The position numbers and the translations under genes were made by a program. Under the pieces are notes generated by a model. The model worked only from the letters and a program-made list of their open reading frames with translations. It had not been told where the DNA came from and did no database searches. A stretch of 64,000 bases of DNA. It comes from an uncultured Defluviitaleaceae bacterium (GTDB lineage Bacteria > Bacillota > Clostridia > Lachnospirales > WRBF01). The stretch's first letter is position 1, and each line of letters starts with the position of its first letter. Positions 1 through 9,414 of the stretch are shown in pieces. The stretch is taken from NCBI GenBank assembly GCA_964533945.1, contig CAZHPA010000005.1:18213-82212 (forward strand). The letters are read 5' to 3'.

Positions 1-167
1 CGTTTTTATTGTTAAAACCAACAAAAACTTTGTGCTACTAATTACAATTTATAGCAAATAGGCAAAAATGTCAAGAGTAATTTTGTAAAATGGGCAATGC
101 ATATGCTGGAAGAGCAGCTAATTTGTTCAATATTATTAAAAATATCTAACTTTATCAAATTTTGATG

Positions 168-195
168 TTTACATTCTGTTGAAATATAGTATAAT
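168..195 (+). promoter_or_regulatory. sigma-A-type promoter candidate (TTTACA-16 nt-TATAAT) upstream of the dockerin/scaffoldin genes
   Basis: TTTACA at 168-173 and TATAAT at 190-195 read directly; about 165 nt upstream of ATG 360. Confidence 0.4.
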
Positions 196-359
196 AGACA
201 TAAGCAGTTATAAAGGCAGCTGCTTTACTTTTGGAATTTTATGGTTAAAGCGGCATTTAGTCAAAATTAAGCGAAAGAAATCAAGGGGGTGCTTTATACT
301 TTTTTGTTTTTGGTATAAAAAATACACATATATTAATTTTTAATAAGGAAGGTGTTATA

Positions 360-947
360 ATGTTAAAATCAATTAAAAAAGTAGTTTCTTTGGCTGTTGC
401 TTCTGCTGTTGTTTTCTGTGGTGCAACTAACTCATATGCATTATCTATTAATTCTGTTGAAGCAGTTTATACTCAATCTGGGGGAGACATAACAACAACA
501 GAATACACTATTGAACCAGAAGCAGGGTATATAATTGTTCCTGCAAAAACAACAGTTGCAACATTTTTAAGCAAAATAACAGCAGTAGGCGGAGAAGTTG
601 AAGTTTTTAAAGGCACAGAAAAAGTATCAGGCACAACACCTGTTGCAACTTCAATGGAAGCTAGACTTATGGTTCAACAACAAGCTGGTTTGCCTCCTGT
701 TTTGGCTAAAACGTTAACAATAGTTGTTTTAGGCGACGTAGATATAGACGGAGACGGAGCAGGAAGAGTTAGTTCAAGCGACGCTTTAAGAGTTCTTCAA
801 CATTCAAGCAGAAATATAACATTAACAGGCGCACAAAAAAGAGCAGGAAGTATTAGTGATAAATCTAGCGGTCCCGCTTCATACGACGCTCTTATAATAT
901 TACAATATTCTTCAGGCTCGATACCTAAAATTGAACAAATGAAGTAG
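360..947 (+). CDS. small secreted protein with C-terminal atypical dockerin module
   Basis: ATG preceded by AAGGAAGG RBS. Signal peptide KKVVSLAVASAVVFCGATNSYA. C-terminal aa ~125-186 (nt ~732-917) GDVDIDGDGAGRVSSSDALRVLQHS ... SYDALIILQYS shows the duplicated Ca-loop/helix dockerin pattern; the second repeat is degenerate. Confidence 0.7.
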   Translation: MLKSIKKVVSLAVASAVVFCGATNSYALSINSVEAVYTQSGGDITTTEYTIEPEAGYIIVPAKTTVATFLSKITAVGGEVEVFKGTEKVSGTTPVATSMEARLMVQQQAGLPPVLAKTLTIVVLGDVDIDGDGAGRVSSSDALRVLQHSSRNITLTGAQKRAGSISDKSSGPASYDALIILQYSSGSIPKIEQMK

Positions 948-955
948 CAACTTCT

Positions 956-986
956 TGAATATCTGAATATCTGAATATCTGAATAG
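956..986. repeat. tandem octamer TGAATATC x3 plus partial copy, between stop of ORF 360-947 and RBS of ORF 997
   Basis: tgaatatc tgaatatc tgaatatc tgaatag read directly at 956-986. Confidence 0.9.
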
Positions 987-996
987 AGGTGATACA

Positions 997-3900
997 ATGG
1001 CGAAAGTTGTCAAAAGGGCTATTGCTTTAATCGTCGCTTTAGCTTTGGTCATGTGTAATTTAGTTGTAGCAAGTGCCGCAGATGAAATTGCTACATACAG
1101 AGTGTCAACTTCATATGCTAGAGAAGGCGACGTGGTTGATGTTACTGTAACTTTAAACACAGCAGCAAAAATTGGTGCGGCGGATTATGAATTAAACTAT
1201 AATAAAAGTGAGCTTCAGCTTGTTGGCACCCCTGTAACATCTTTAATTGGTGGCATGCAAGATATTTTTGTTCCTGAAGAAGGCGGCATTATAAAAATGT
1301 CAAGAGCAAATGTATCTGGTGATACAGGCCTAAAAGTTGTTTTAAGTGCGCAATTTAAAGTTCTTAGAAAACAACCTGGAGAATCAAACTTAATCTTTAC
1401 AGTTTTAGGCTGTAAAGATAATAGTTTAGAGTTAAAAAACATTGCAACAGAAGTTGAAAACGGAAAAATTACTGTTATTCCAACAGATTCAAAAACAGTT
1501 ACATATGAAGTTTCAAGCCCTTATGCAATTGTTGGAAGCAACGTTAATGTTTTAGTAACAATGAAAGCTGGAATGACAAAAGTTGGTTCTGGGGATTATG
1601 AACTTAAATTTAACCCTGAAGAACTTGAAATAGTCGGAGAACCTATATCTTCTTTAATTGGAGGCACACAAAGCATTAATGCCGACCAACAAAACGGAAG
1701 CATTAAAATGGCAAGAGCCAACAAAGACGGCGATACAGGAGAAGCAGTTGCTTTAAATGTTACGTTTAAAGTTGTTAAAGACGTTAATTCTGATGGAAAA
1801 GCAGGTTTAACATTTTCAGCGGTAGGGTTAAAAGATACTTTAACTTCTAACCCAAACAACATAACAGCAACTATTAACCAAGGCGAAATTATAATAATTT
1901 CAAAAGACGAAACTAAGCAAGCTACATATAAGGTAAGCAGCCCACAAGGCAGAAAAGGCGAAAATGTTACAGTTGTTGTTTCAATGGATACAGCAGCGCA
2001 AGTTGGTGCCGGAGATTATGAACTTACATTCTTAAAAGACGAGCTTAAATTAATAGGCAACCCAACAACAAAATTGCCGGGTGCAACACCTTACTTAAAT
2101 TACGATATAAATTCAGACCCTGAATTAGGCTTTATTAGACTTGCAAGAGCAAATCAAAACGGCGATACAGGTAAAATAGAAATTTTAGAAGCAACATTTG
2201 AAATATTAAAAGATGGACCTTCTGAATCTGAATTAACTCTTAAAGTATCAGACTTAAAAGACACATCATTACCTGTTGCAAATGATATTATGCCTATACT
2301 TGAACAAGGGAAGGTAATTATTAAAGCAGATAAGCTTCAAATAGTTAATCCAACATTTACAAAAGTTCTTGTTCCAACAGGAAGCAACAACGCAGCAACT
2401 GCTGAAGACTTAGGTGAACAATACTTGCCAACAAGCGGAAAAGTTACGCTTAACGGTACAAACATTAATTACACTATAGCTTGGAACGGAACAATTGATA
2501 CAACAACGCCGGGAACTATAGCAACATTTAACGGTACAATAACATATACAAATGTACCTGAATGGGCACAAATTCCTGAAGATTTAACAGTTACAAGAGA
2601 AGTTGAAGTTTCTAATAAAAAAGGTGCAAATATTGACATAACAGTTCCTCAAGATACAGTATACGGAACAGATTTCACTATTGGCGCAACAGCAACAGGC
2701 GAAGGCTTGGATGAATACTCATTTACATATGAATATTTAGGAACTTTAACAGATGGCACACCATATGGCCCAACATCAACAAAACCAACACAAGCAGGAA
2801 CATATACAGTTACGGCAACTTTAGTTAGTGATACTCACATTGGGCAAAAAACTGTTTCATTTGAAATTGCTAAAAAACCAATTGACGTAACAATTGAAAA
2901 CAAAACAAAATTAGTTGGGGCACAACTCCCTACACTTACATTCAATTTTAATGCTTCAGACTTAGCTTATGATGATACTTCAAAAGACCTTGCAGTTACT
3001 TTATCAGTAATAGGTTATAAAGATGAAATAGGAACTTACACAATTACAGGTGCTTCAACAAGCAATAATTATGCTGTTACATTTAAAAACGGTGTTTTAA
3101 CAGTAAGCGATAAGCAAATGTACCCTATTACTTTAGTTGCAGAACCTATAAAAGGCGGAACTGCTACATCACAAAAAACTGCTTATGAAGCAGGCGAAAC
3201 AGTTACAATTACAGCAACTGCAAATACAGGCTATGAATTTGACAAATGGGAAGTTGTAAAAGGTGGCGTAACTCTTGCAAGCACAGCAAGCCCAACAACA
3301 ACATTTACAATGCCTGCAGCAGAAGTTGAAATAACTGCACATTTTGTAGTAGCAACAGGCAAACAAGACCAAGCTGCAACAACTGTTACGCTTTCTAAAA
3401 CAACTATGAACTACGGAGAACAAGCACCAACAGCAACTGCCGGCGGCGGTAGCGGAACAGGCGCATATGTAAACTTTGCAAGCTCTAATACACAAGTTGC
3501 AACAATTGATGCTGCAACAGGTGTAATTACTATAGTTGGCGCAGGTACTACTAACATAACTGTCGAACGTTTAGGCGATAGCAATTATAATCATTCTAAA
3601 ATACATACGCCAATAACATTAACCGTAAACAAGCTTACAATTCCAAAACCAGCAGCATTCTCTAAAATTATTATCCCTCGTGGAAGCAACAACGCAGCAA
3701 CTGCTGAAGACTTAGGTGAACAATACTTGCCAACAAGTGGAAGCGTTACGCTTAACGGTACAACTATTAATTACACTATAGCTTGGAGCGGAACCATTGA
3801 TACAACAACACCGGGAACTATAGTAACATTTAACGGTACGTTAACATATACAAATGCACCTCAATGGGCACAAGCTCCTTCGGATTTAACAGTTACAAGA

Positions 3901-6714
3901 GAAGTTGAAGTTTCTGATAAAAGAGCAGCAACTGTAACTATGCCTAATGTTGCCAATATAACTTATGGAGAAACACTTGTTATTCCAGCCGCAACAGCAA
4001 CAGGCGAAGGATTAAGCAATCCTTCATTTAAATATGAATATTCCGGAATTTTGGCAGACAGTACAGCGTATGGTCCAACAGAAACAAAACCAACACAAGC
4101 AGGAGCATATACCGTTACAGCAATTTTAATTAGCAGCACTCATGCCGGACAAAGCGAAGCGAAACAATTTACCATTAATCCAAAATCTGTTACCCTTAAT
4201 AAAGGCAGCTTAGTTGTAACAACTAAATTTTACGATGGCAACACAGCGGCACAAGTTAACGGAAGTGTACAAATTATTGGATTGTTATCAGGAGACGCTG
4301 TTTCTGTAACAGGTGGAAACATTATGTTCCCAGATAAAAATGCAGGAATAGAAAAACAAATGGTTGCTTCTGGCTTCTCATTAACAGGAGCAGGCAGCAA
4401 AAACTATGTTTTATCTTCACAACAAATTGCAGGCTTAACAGGCACTATTAACAAAAAACCAATTACAGTAACAATTGACAACAAAACAAAATTACTTGGA
4501 GCAGCACTTCCAGCTTTAACGTTCACATTTGATAGCAAAGATTTAGTTTCTGGCGAAACTGCTGCAGACCTTGCAATTACTTTAAAATTGGAAGATAAAT
4601 ACGAAGACAAAAATGGAACTTATGCAATTACAGGTACTTCTGCAAGCAATAACTATGCTGTTGAATTTAAAGACGGTGTTTTAACAGTAAGCGATAAGTT
4701 AATATACCCTGTTACTTTAACTGCAGAACCAACACAAGGCGGAACTGTTGCAACATATAAAACTGCTTATGAAGTAGGAGAAACCGTTACAATTACAGCA
4801 ACTGCAAATACAGGTTATGTATTTGATAAATGGGAAGTTGTAAAAGGTGGAGTAACTGTTGCAAGCACAACAAGCGCAATAACAACATTTACAATGCCTG
4901 CAGCAGAAGTTGCAATTAAAGCAATATTTAAACAAACAACAATACAAAAATATACTGTTACTCTTTCATCAACAGAAGGTGGTACTGCTTCTGGCGGTGG
5001 CGAATATGAAGTTGGAGGACAAGTTACAATTTCAGCAACTCCAAATTCGGGCTACTACTTCACAGGCTGGACAGTAATTTCGGGCAATGTAACACTTAAC
5101 AATGCAAACAACATAGCAACGTTTACAATGCCTGCTCAAAATGTTGCAATTAGAGCAAACTTTGCCAAATCTCCAACTACTCAATATGAAGTTAAATTGA
5201 CTACAAGCGGTAGCGGAACAGTTACAGGTGCTGGCAAATATACTGCAGGCCAAACTGTTAATATTGCGGCAACTCCATCATCTGGCTTCTATTTTGTTGA
5301 TTGGGTAGTTACAGAAGGTAACGTTTCACTTGTAAACAGATTAAGTACAAGAACATCATTTGTAATGCCCGCCGGAAACGTTACAATAAGAGCAAACTTT
5401 AGACTTCAAGAAACTAGCAGTGGCGGAGGAAGCAGCAGTGGAAGCAGTGATACATATGTAACACCTCCATACACACCGTCACCTGGCGACACTAAACATG
5501 CTCAACGTACTAAGTCAACTCACAACAAAAATGGCTTAATAGAAGAAATTGATGTTGAGGGAACTTTAGGAGCAGGAAATATTGCTTCGGGTAAAGTTGA
5601 ACATAGTTCTGTAGTTAGAGTTCTTGAAGATGTTAAAAAATATTTAAAACCGGGTGAATATACTGAGCTTGATATTTATATGATACCGGTTGGAAATGCT
5701 AAAGGGTACTCAGTTGAAATACTACGTCCTGATTTCCAAGACATTATTAAAGCTAAATTACCGGTTAAAATTAAAACAGAGCTAGGTTATATTTTATTCG
5801 ATGTAAACGCTTTAAAACACATACTTAACGCATCAACTAAGGGAAATATTTTAATTACAATTGCGCAATCTTCCGAATTATCACTTACATCAAAATCAAG
5901 AGAAACAATAGGCGACAAACCAGTTCTTGACTTTATAGTTAAATCGGGAGAAAACGTTGTTACAAATCTTAACAATAAGGGTAAAGCTGAAATTGGTTTA
6001 CGCTATAAAGCAAGAAAAGGCGAAGAATTATCTGCTATTATAACTAACTACGTAAATCCAAAAGGCGAGCTTGAAGTTGTTAAAAACGGAAAATATGTTT
6101 CTCAAACAGAACATGCTGTTCTTAAAACAGAAACACTTATTCCAAGATATGCTGCAAGCTACAACCCTGTTGTGTTTAGTGATGTTTCTAAAGATTCTGT
6201 ATACTATGATGCTGTTTTATTTGCAGCAGCAAGAAGTATAACTTCAGGAACTTCAAAAGACACATTCAGCCCAGCACAAACATTAACAAGAGCGCAATTT
6301 ACAGTGCTTCTTATGAACGCTTACGAAATAGCGCCTGATGCTGAACCTAAAAACAACTTTGATGATGCCGGAGATGATTACTATACTCCATATCTCTCAG
6401 CTGCTAAACGTTTAGGCATTTCGGCAGGCGTTGGTAACAACATGTTTGCACCTAACAAAGAATTAACTAACCAAGAAATGTATACATTGTTATACAACGC
6501 ACTAAAAGTAATTAAAAAACTTCCTGAAACAAAAGCTACAAGAACTATTGACTCGTTTGGTGATTCGGACGAAATTGCAGATTGGGCAAAAACTGCAATG
6601 AAAACTCTTGTGGAATCAAAAGTTATTGGTCTTGGAACTGATAAACTATATCCAACAAGCGAAGCAACAAGAGCTAAAATGGTTCAAACTTTATATACAT
6701 TGCTTAATCTATAA
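997..6714 (+). CDS. giant cell-surface scaffoldin-like protein: signal peptide, 3 cohesin-like modules, Ig-like/MBG/YDG-type and InlB-B-repeat-type modules, Ser/Gly linker, C-terminal SLH repeats
   Basis: RBS AGAGGTGA before ATG. Three ~135-aa repeats (nt ~1090-2325) fit the cohesin pattern (GDVVDVTVTL..GAADYELNYN..L.LVG ... NGKITVI). TGYEFDKWEVVKGGVT-type InlB B-repeats x5. C-terminus (nt ~6172-6711) FSDV..YYDAV.F...R.ITSGTS...FSP...LTRAQF = SLH repeats. Confidence 0.85.
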   Translation: MAKVVKRAIALIVALALVMCNLVVASAADEIATYRVSTSYAREGDVVDVTVTLNTAAKIGAADYELNYNKSELQLVGTPVTSLIGGMQDIFVPEEGGIIKMSRANVSGDTGLKVVLSAQFKVLRKQPGESNLIFTVLGCKDNSLELKNIATEVENGKITVIPTDSKTVTYEVSSPYAIVGSNVNVLVTMKAGMTKVGSGDYELKFNPEELEIVGEPISSLIGGTQSINADQQNGSIKMARANKDGDTGEAVALNVTFKVVKDVNSDGKAGLTFSAVGLKDTLTSNPNNITATINQGEIIIISKDETKQATYKVSSPQGRKGENVTVVVSMDTAAQVGAGDYELTFLKDELKLIGNPTTKLPGATPYLNYDINSDPELGFIRLARANQNGDTGKIEILEATFEILKDGPSESELTLKVSDLKDTSLPVANDIMPILEQGKVIIKADKLQIVNPTFTKVLVPTGSNNAATAEDLGEQYLPTSGKVTLNGTNINYTIAWNGTIDTTTPGTIATFNGTITYTNVPEWAQIPEDLTVTREVEVSNKKGANIDITVPQDTVYGTDFTIGATATGEGLDEYSFTYEYLGTLTDGTPYGPTSTKPTQAGTYTVTATLVSDTHIGQKTVSFEIAKKPIDVTIENKTKLVGAQLPTLTFNFNASDLAYDDTSKDLAVTLSVIGYKDEIGTYTITGASTSNNYAVTFKNGVLTVSDKQMYPITLVAEPIKGGTATSQKTAYEAGETVTITATANTGYEFDKWEVVKGGVTLASTASPTTTFTMPAAEVEITAHFVVATGKQDQAATTVTLSKTTMNYGEQAPTATAGGGSGTGAYVNFASSNTQVATIDAATGVITIVGAGTTNITVERLGDSNYNHSKIHTPITLTVNKLTIPKPAAFSKIIIPRGSNNAATAEDLGEQYLPTSGSVTLNGTTINYTIAWSGTIDTTTPGTIVTFNGTLTYTNAPQWAQAPSDLTVTREVEVSDKRAATVTMPNVANITYGETLVIPAATATGEGLSNPSFKYEYSGILADSTAYGPTETKPTQAGAYTVTAILISSTHAGQSEAKQFTINPKSVTLNKGSLVVTTKFYDGNTAAQVNGSVQIIGLLSGDAVSVTGGNIMFPDKNAGIEKQMVASGFSLTGAGSKNYVLSSQQIAGLTGTINKKPITVTIDNKTKLLGAALPALTFTFDSKDLVSGETAADLAITLKLEDKYEDKNGTYAITGTSASNNYAVEFKDGVLTVSDKLIYPVTLTAEPTQGGTVATYKTAYEVGETVTITATANTGYVFDKWEVVKGGVTVASTTSAITTFTMPAAEVAIKAIFKQTTIQKYTVTLSSTEGGTASGGGEYEVGGQVTISATPNSGYYFTGWTVISGNVTLNNANNIATFTMPAQNVAIRANFAKSPTTQYEVKLTTSGSGTVTGAGKYTAGQTVNIAATPSSGFYFVDWVVTEGNVSLVNRLSTRTSFVMPAGNVTIRANFRLQETSSGGGSSSGSSDTYVTPPYTPSPGDTKHAQRTKSTHNKNGLIEEIDVEGTLGAGNIASGKVEHSSVVRVLEDVKKYLKPGEYTELDIYMIPVGNAKGYSVEILRPDFQDIIKAKLPVKIKTELGYILFDVNALKHILNASTKGNILITIAQSSELSLTSKSRETIGDKPVLDFIVKSGENVVTNLNNKGKAEIGLRYKARKGEELSAIITNYVNPKGELEVVKNGKYVSQTEHAVLKTETLIPRYAASYNPVVFSDVSKDSVYYDAVLFAAARSITSGTSKDTFSPAQTLTRAQFTVLLMNAYEIAPDAEPKNNFDDAGDDYYTPYLSAAKRLGISAGVGNNMFAPNKELTNQEMYTLLYNALKVIKKLPETKATRTIDSFGDSDEIADWAKTAMKTLVESKVIGLGTDKLYPTSEATRAKMVQTLYTLLNL
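2340..4930 (+). repeat. internal segmental duplication inside the scaffoldin gene (block ~2340-3350 repeated at ~3640-4930 with an insertion)
   Basis: The ~240-nt run starting at ggaagcaacaacgcagcaactgctgaagacttaggtgaacaatacttgccaacaag is near-identical at 2380-2620 and 3682-3922 (offset 1302 nt). Second block 2872-3345 matches 4452-4925. Confidence 0.8.
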
Positions 6715-6808
6715 AGATTAAAGTGAACGCAAGAAATTTAAAATAGCTTTAATCTTAAAGTATTTGATTTTAAATTATGCTATAGATTAAGTGATAATGC
6801 TTGCAAAA

Positions 6809-6848
6809 ACAGGCTTCTTGTTCGCTGCAAGAAGTCTGTTTAATTTTT
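6809..6848 (+). terminator. rho-independent terminator after scaffoldin gene
   Basis: 12-bp stem acaggcttcttg/caagaagtctgt (one G-T), 7-nt loop, followed by ttaattttt. Confidence 0.6.
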
Positions 6849-6939
6849 AACTTAATGCAAATACTATAGAATGGTAACTAATAAACATAAGTTTGGCAAA
6901 CAAACCGTTTGCTTCAGTTTTGAAAGGCTGGTGTACATC

Positions 6940-8622
6940 TTGAAAAAAATACCTTTAATAATATCAATTATTATGATTTTTTCCGTTATAAATATAACAA
7001 CCGCTTTTGCCGCCGGAGCTACATTTACCGTTAATGCAGACTACAATAAAAATACATCAGTAGCAACCGTAACGGTTTCAATGACGGCAAATTCCAACAT
7101 TGCTGCTGCAACTTTTGCTTTAACATACGACACCCAAGTTTTAACACTTAATTCCAATTCTGCAAAAGTAGGTGACGCTTTAAAAGGCGGCTTTTCAGAT
7201 GTTAACGAAAAAGCAGCTTCTAATGAAATACGTGTTGCTTGTATTAATGTAAGCGGCTTTAATACAGCTGGAACCGTACTAACTGCAAGCTTTAAAGTTA
7301 AATCGGGAACAGATAAAATACCTCTTGAATTTAAAGTTTTAGAATCTAAAACATTAGATGCTAAAAACGTATCAACAACCGCTTCATATGGAAACTCTGT
7401 TGTTCAAAAAACTACAACACCTACAACAACAACTACTACAACAAATCCAGCTCAAACTGCTACAGAAACTATTGACTTAACTTCAAAAAGCGCAACTGAG
7501 GCTGAAAAAATTGTTCAAACATCAATGGAAAAATTGTTAAATGCTGCAAAAGCTGCTGAAAAAGCAGGGCACCGTGCAGTTGTTGAACTTAAAATTGCAG
7601 GTACTCCAGACCAAACAACAGCTTCTATTGATATTCCAAGAAAGTCTTTTGCAGATATGGCTAGTTTAACTAAGACAAACTTAAAATTAACTACAAATGT
7701 TGCAACAGTTTCTTTTGACTCTAAAGCTATTAAAGCTATTGCCGCTTCAAAAGACAATGGTAACATCTCTGTTAAAATAGCAAAAGAAGCAACACCAACA
7801 CTTAGCGACGAAAACAAAACAATAATTGGAAGCAATTCTGCATATACATTAACTGTTAAAGCAGGGGCATTAACAATTTCAGATTTTGGCAACGGAAAAG
7901 CAGAAATCGGCATACCATATACACTTAAACAAGGCGAAGACCAAAATGCAGTGGTTGCATATTACATTAAAGATGCAAACAGCATAAATGCAGCAAGAGG
8001 TAAATTTAATGCAAAATCAAGCACATATGAATATACTGTAACAGCTCCTTCAAAAGTTGCATTAGGTTACAACAAAGTAGCATTTAGTGATGTTGCAACA
8101 ACAGATTGGTTCTATAAGCCTGTAACATTTATTGCTTCACGTAAAATAACATCAGGCACAGGCGATAACAAATATAGTCCTGCTAAAGTTTTAACTCGTG
8201 CCGAATTTATTGTTTTAATGATGAATGCATACGAAATTAAAATAGACGAAAATCCAACAGACAATTTCTCTGATGCCGGAAATACGTATTATACAAACTA
8301 CTTAGCAACTGCTAAACGTACAGGCATTTCGGCAGGCGTTGGCAACAATATGTTTGCACCTAACAAAGAGCTTTCACGTCAAGAAATGTATACATTGTTA
8401 TACAATACGTTAAAAGTTCTTGATGAATTGCCAAAAGCAGGAACAGGAAAAGAACTTGAAAAGTTTACAGATTCTACAGAAATTGACAGTTGGGCAACAG
8501 AAGCAATTAAAGTTTTAACTGCTGCCGATGTTGTTGGAGAAGGAACAGACAAAATAGCTCCTAAAAATCCTTCAACAAGGGCAGAAATGGCATTGGCGCT
8601 ATTTAACCTCTTATCAAGATAA
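6940..8622 (+). CDS. cohesin-SLH cell-wall anchoring protein (single cohesin-like module, Thr-rich linker, shared middle domain, C-terminal SLH repeats)
   Basis: TTG 6940 gives a classic signal peptide MKKIPLIISIIMIFSVINITTAFA; the track start ATG 6871 has no RBS. Cohesin-like nt ~7015-7400. The C-terminal ~330 aa are strongly similar to the C-terminus of ORF 997-6714 (GISAGVGNNMFAPNKEL..QEMYTLLYN identical). Confidence 0.8.
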   Translation: MKKIPLIISIIMIFSVINITTAFAAGATFTVNADYNKNTSVATVTVSMTANSNIAAATFALTYDTQVLTLNSNSAKVGDALKGGFSDVNEKAASNEIRVACINVSGFNTAGTVLTASFKVKSGTDKIPLEFKVLESKTLDAKNVSTTASYGNSVVQKTTTPTTTTTTTNPAQTATETIDLTSKSATEAEKIVQTSMEKLLNAAKAAEKAGHRAVVELKIAGTPDQTTASIDIPRKSFADMASLTKTNLKLTTNVATVSFDSKAIKAIAASKDNGNISVKIAKEATPTLSDENKTIIGSNSAYTLTVKAGALTISDFGNGKAEIGIPYTLKQGEDQNAVVAYYIKDANSINAARGKFNAKSSTYEYTVTAPSKVALGYNKVAFSDVATTDWFYKPVTFIASRKITSGTGDNKYSPAKVLTRAEFIVLMMNAYEIKIDENPTDNFSDAGNTYYTNYLATAKRTGISAGVGNNMFAPNKELSRQEMYTLLYNTLKVLDELPKAGTGKELEKFTDSTEIDSWATEAIKVLTAADVVGEGTDKIAPKNPSTRAEMALALFNLLSR

Positions 8623-8825
8623 TTTTAATTCCCCCAATATCTTTTAACATATTTGATGTTGGGGGTAAAAATAAAACTTGACAATACATTCTATTTGTAT
8701 TAAACTCTATTTGTTATGAATTTTTTGTAGTATTTTAGATAAAAACGTAAAAATATGAAGAAAACAGAAAAATAAAAATTACGAAAGGAAAAGCTACAAT
8801 AACTTTAAGTAGCAAACTAACTATT

Positions 8826-9272
8826 ATGGATAAAATTACTTTGAAAAAAACTATTGGAGAAAATATTCGCAAGCATAGAATTGCAAAAGATATGTCTATT
8901 GACGAACTTTCTGAACTTTTAGGATTATCTCCGGGATTTATAGGTCTTATTGAAAGAGGGCAACGTGGAGCAACAGCATACACATTGCATAAATTATCTC
9001 AAATTTTTCAAATTAAAGTTGATGAGTTGTTTTGTGAAACTTCTGAAACATCAATTGCGCTTTGCGAATCTGCAGTAGACCATACTAAAGTTAAGCGTGA
9101 AAAAGTTTCAACTTTGTTATATGATTTAAGGTCTAAAGAGTTAGATTTTGTAATTGAATTTATTAAAGGCTTAAAAAATATGCTTGGCAAAAACAATCAA
9201 TTGGAAGACGATGACGAAAATTATTCATATGATACAGATAACGCTATGGAAGCTTTTGATGAAGAAGAATAA
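8826..9272 (+). CDS. XRE-family helix-turn-helix transcriptional regulator with acidic C-terminus
   Basis: IGENIRKHRIAKDMSIDELSELLGLSPGFIGLIERGQR = HTH_3 pattern. Confidence 0.8.
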   Translation: MDKITLKKTIGENIRKHRIAKDMSIDELSELLGLSPGFIGLIERGQRGATAYTLHKLSQIFQIKVDELFCETSETSIALCESAVDHTKVKREKVSTLLYDLRSKELDFVIEFIKGLKNMLGKNNQLEDDDENYSYDTDNAMEAFDEEE

Positions 9273-9340
9273 TATTAAACCGGCGTTCTAATTATATGCT
9301 ATATGCTATATTCATTTTAAAAATTTTTTTAAATTAGCTA

Positions 9341-9369
9341 TTGACAATATGTTAATGCTGTAGTATAAT
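9341..9369 (+). promoter_or_regulatory. consensus sigma-A promoter for the tRNA cluster
   Basis: TTGACA 9341-9346, 17-nt spacer, TATAAT 9364-9369. Confidence 0.6.
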
Positions 9370-9414
9370 GCTTTTTGTGTTCAAGAATTAGCATTGTGCA
9401 TATGAGAATGCAAT

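Noticed and set aside
3169-5253. Cys-rich antisense ORFs inside the scaffoldin gene (3169-3495, 4717-4947, 5032-5253, minus strand)
   Set aside because: They mirror the GCA/ACA/ACT-rich sense codons of the repetitive InlB-B-repeat modules, have no RBS, and show absurd composition (C, N, F, S runs). They are artefacts of the opposite strand of a well-supported 1905-aa gene.
8735-8983. 82-aa minus-strand ORF overlapping the start of the XRE regulator gene
   Set aside because: It is a hydrophobic low-complexity antisense frame, while the XRE HTH on the plus strand is clearly recognisable.
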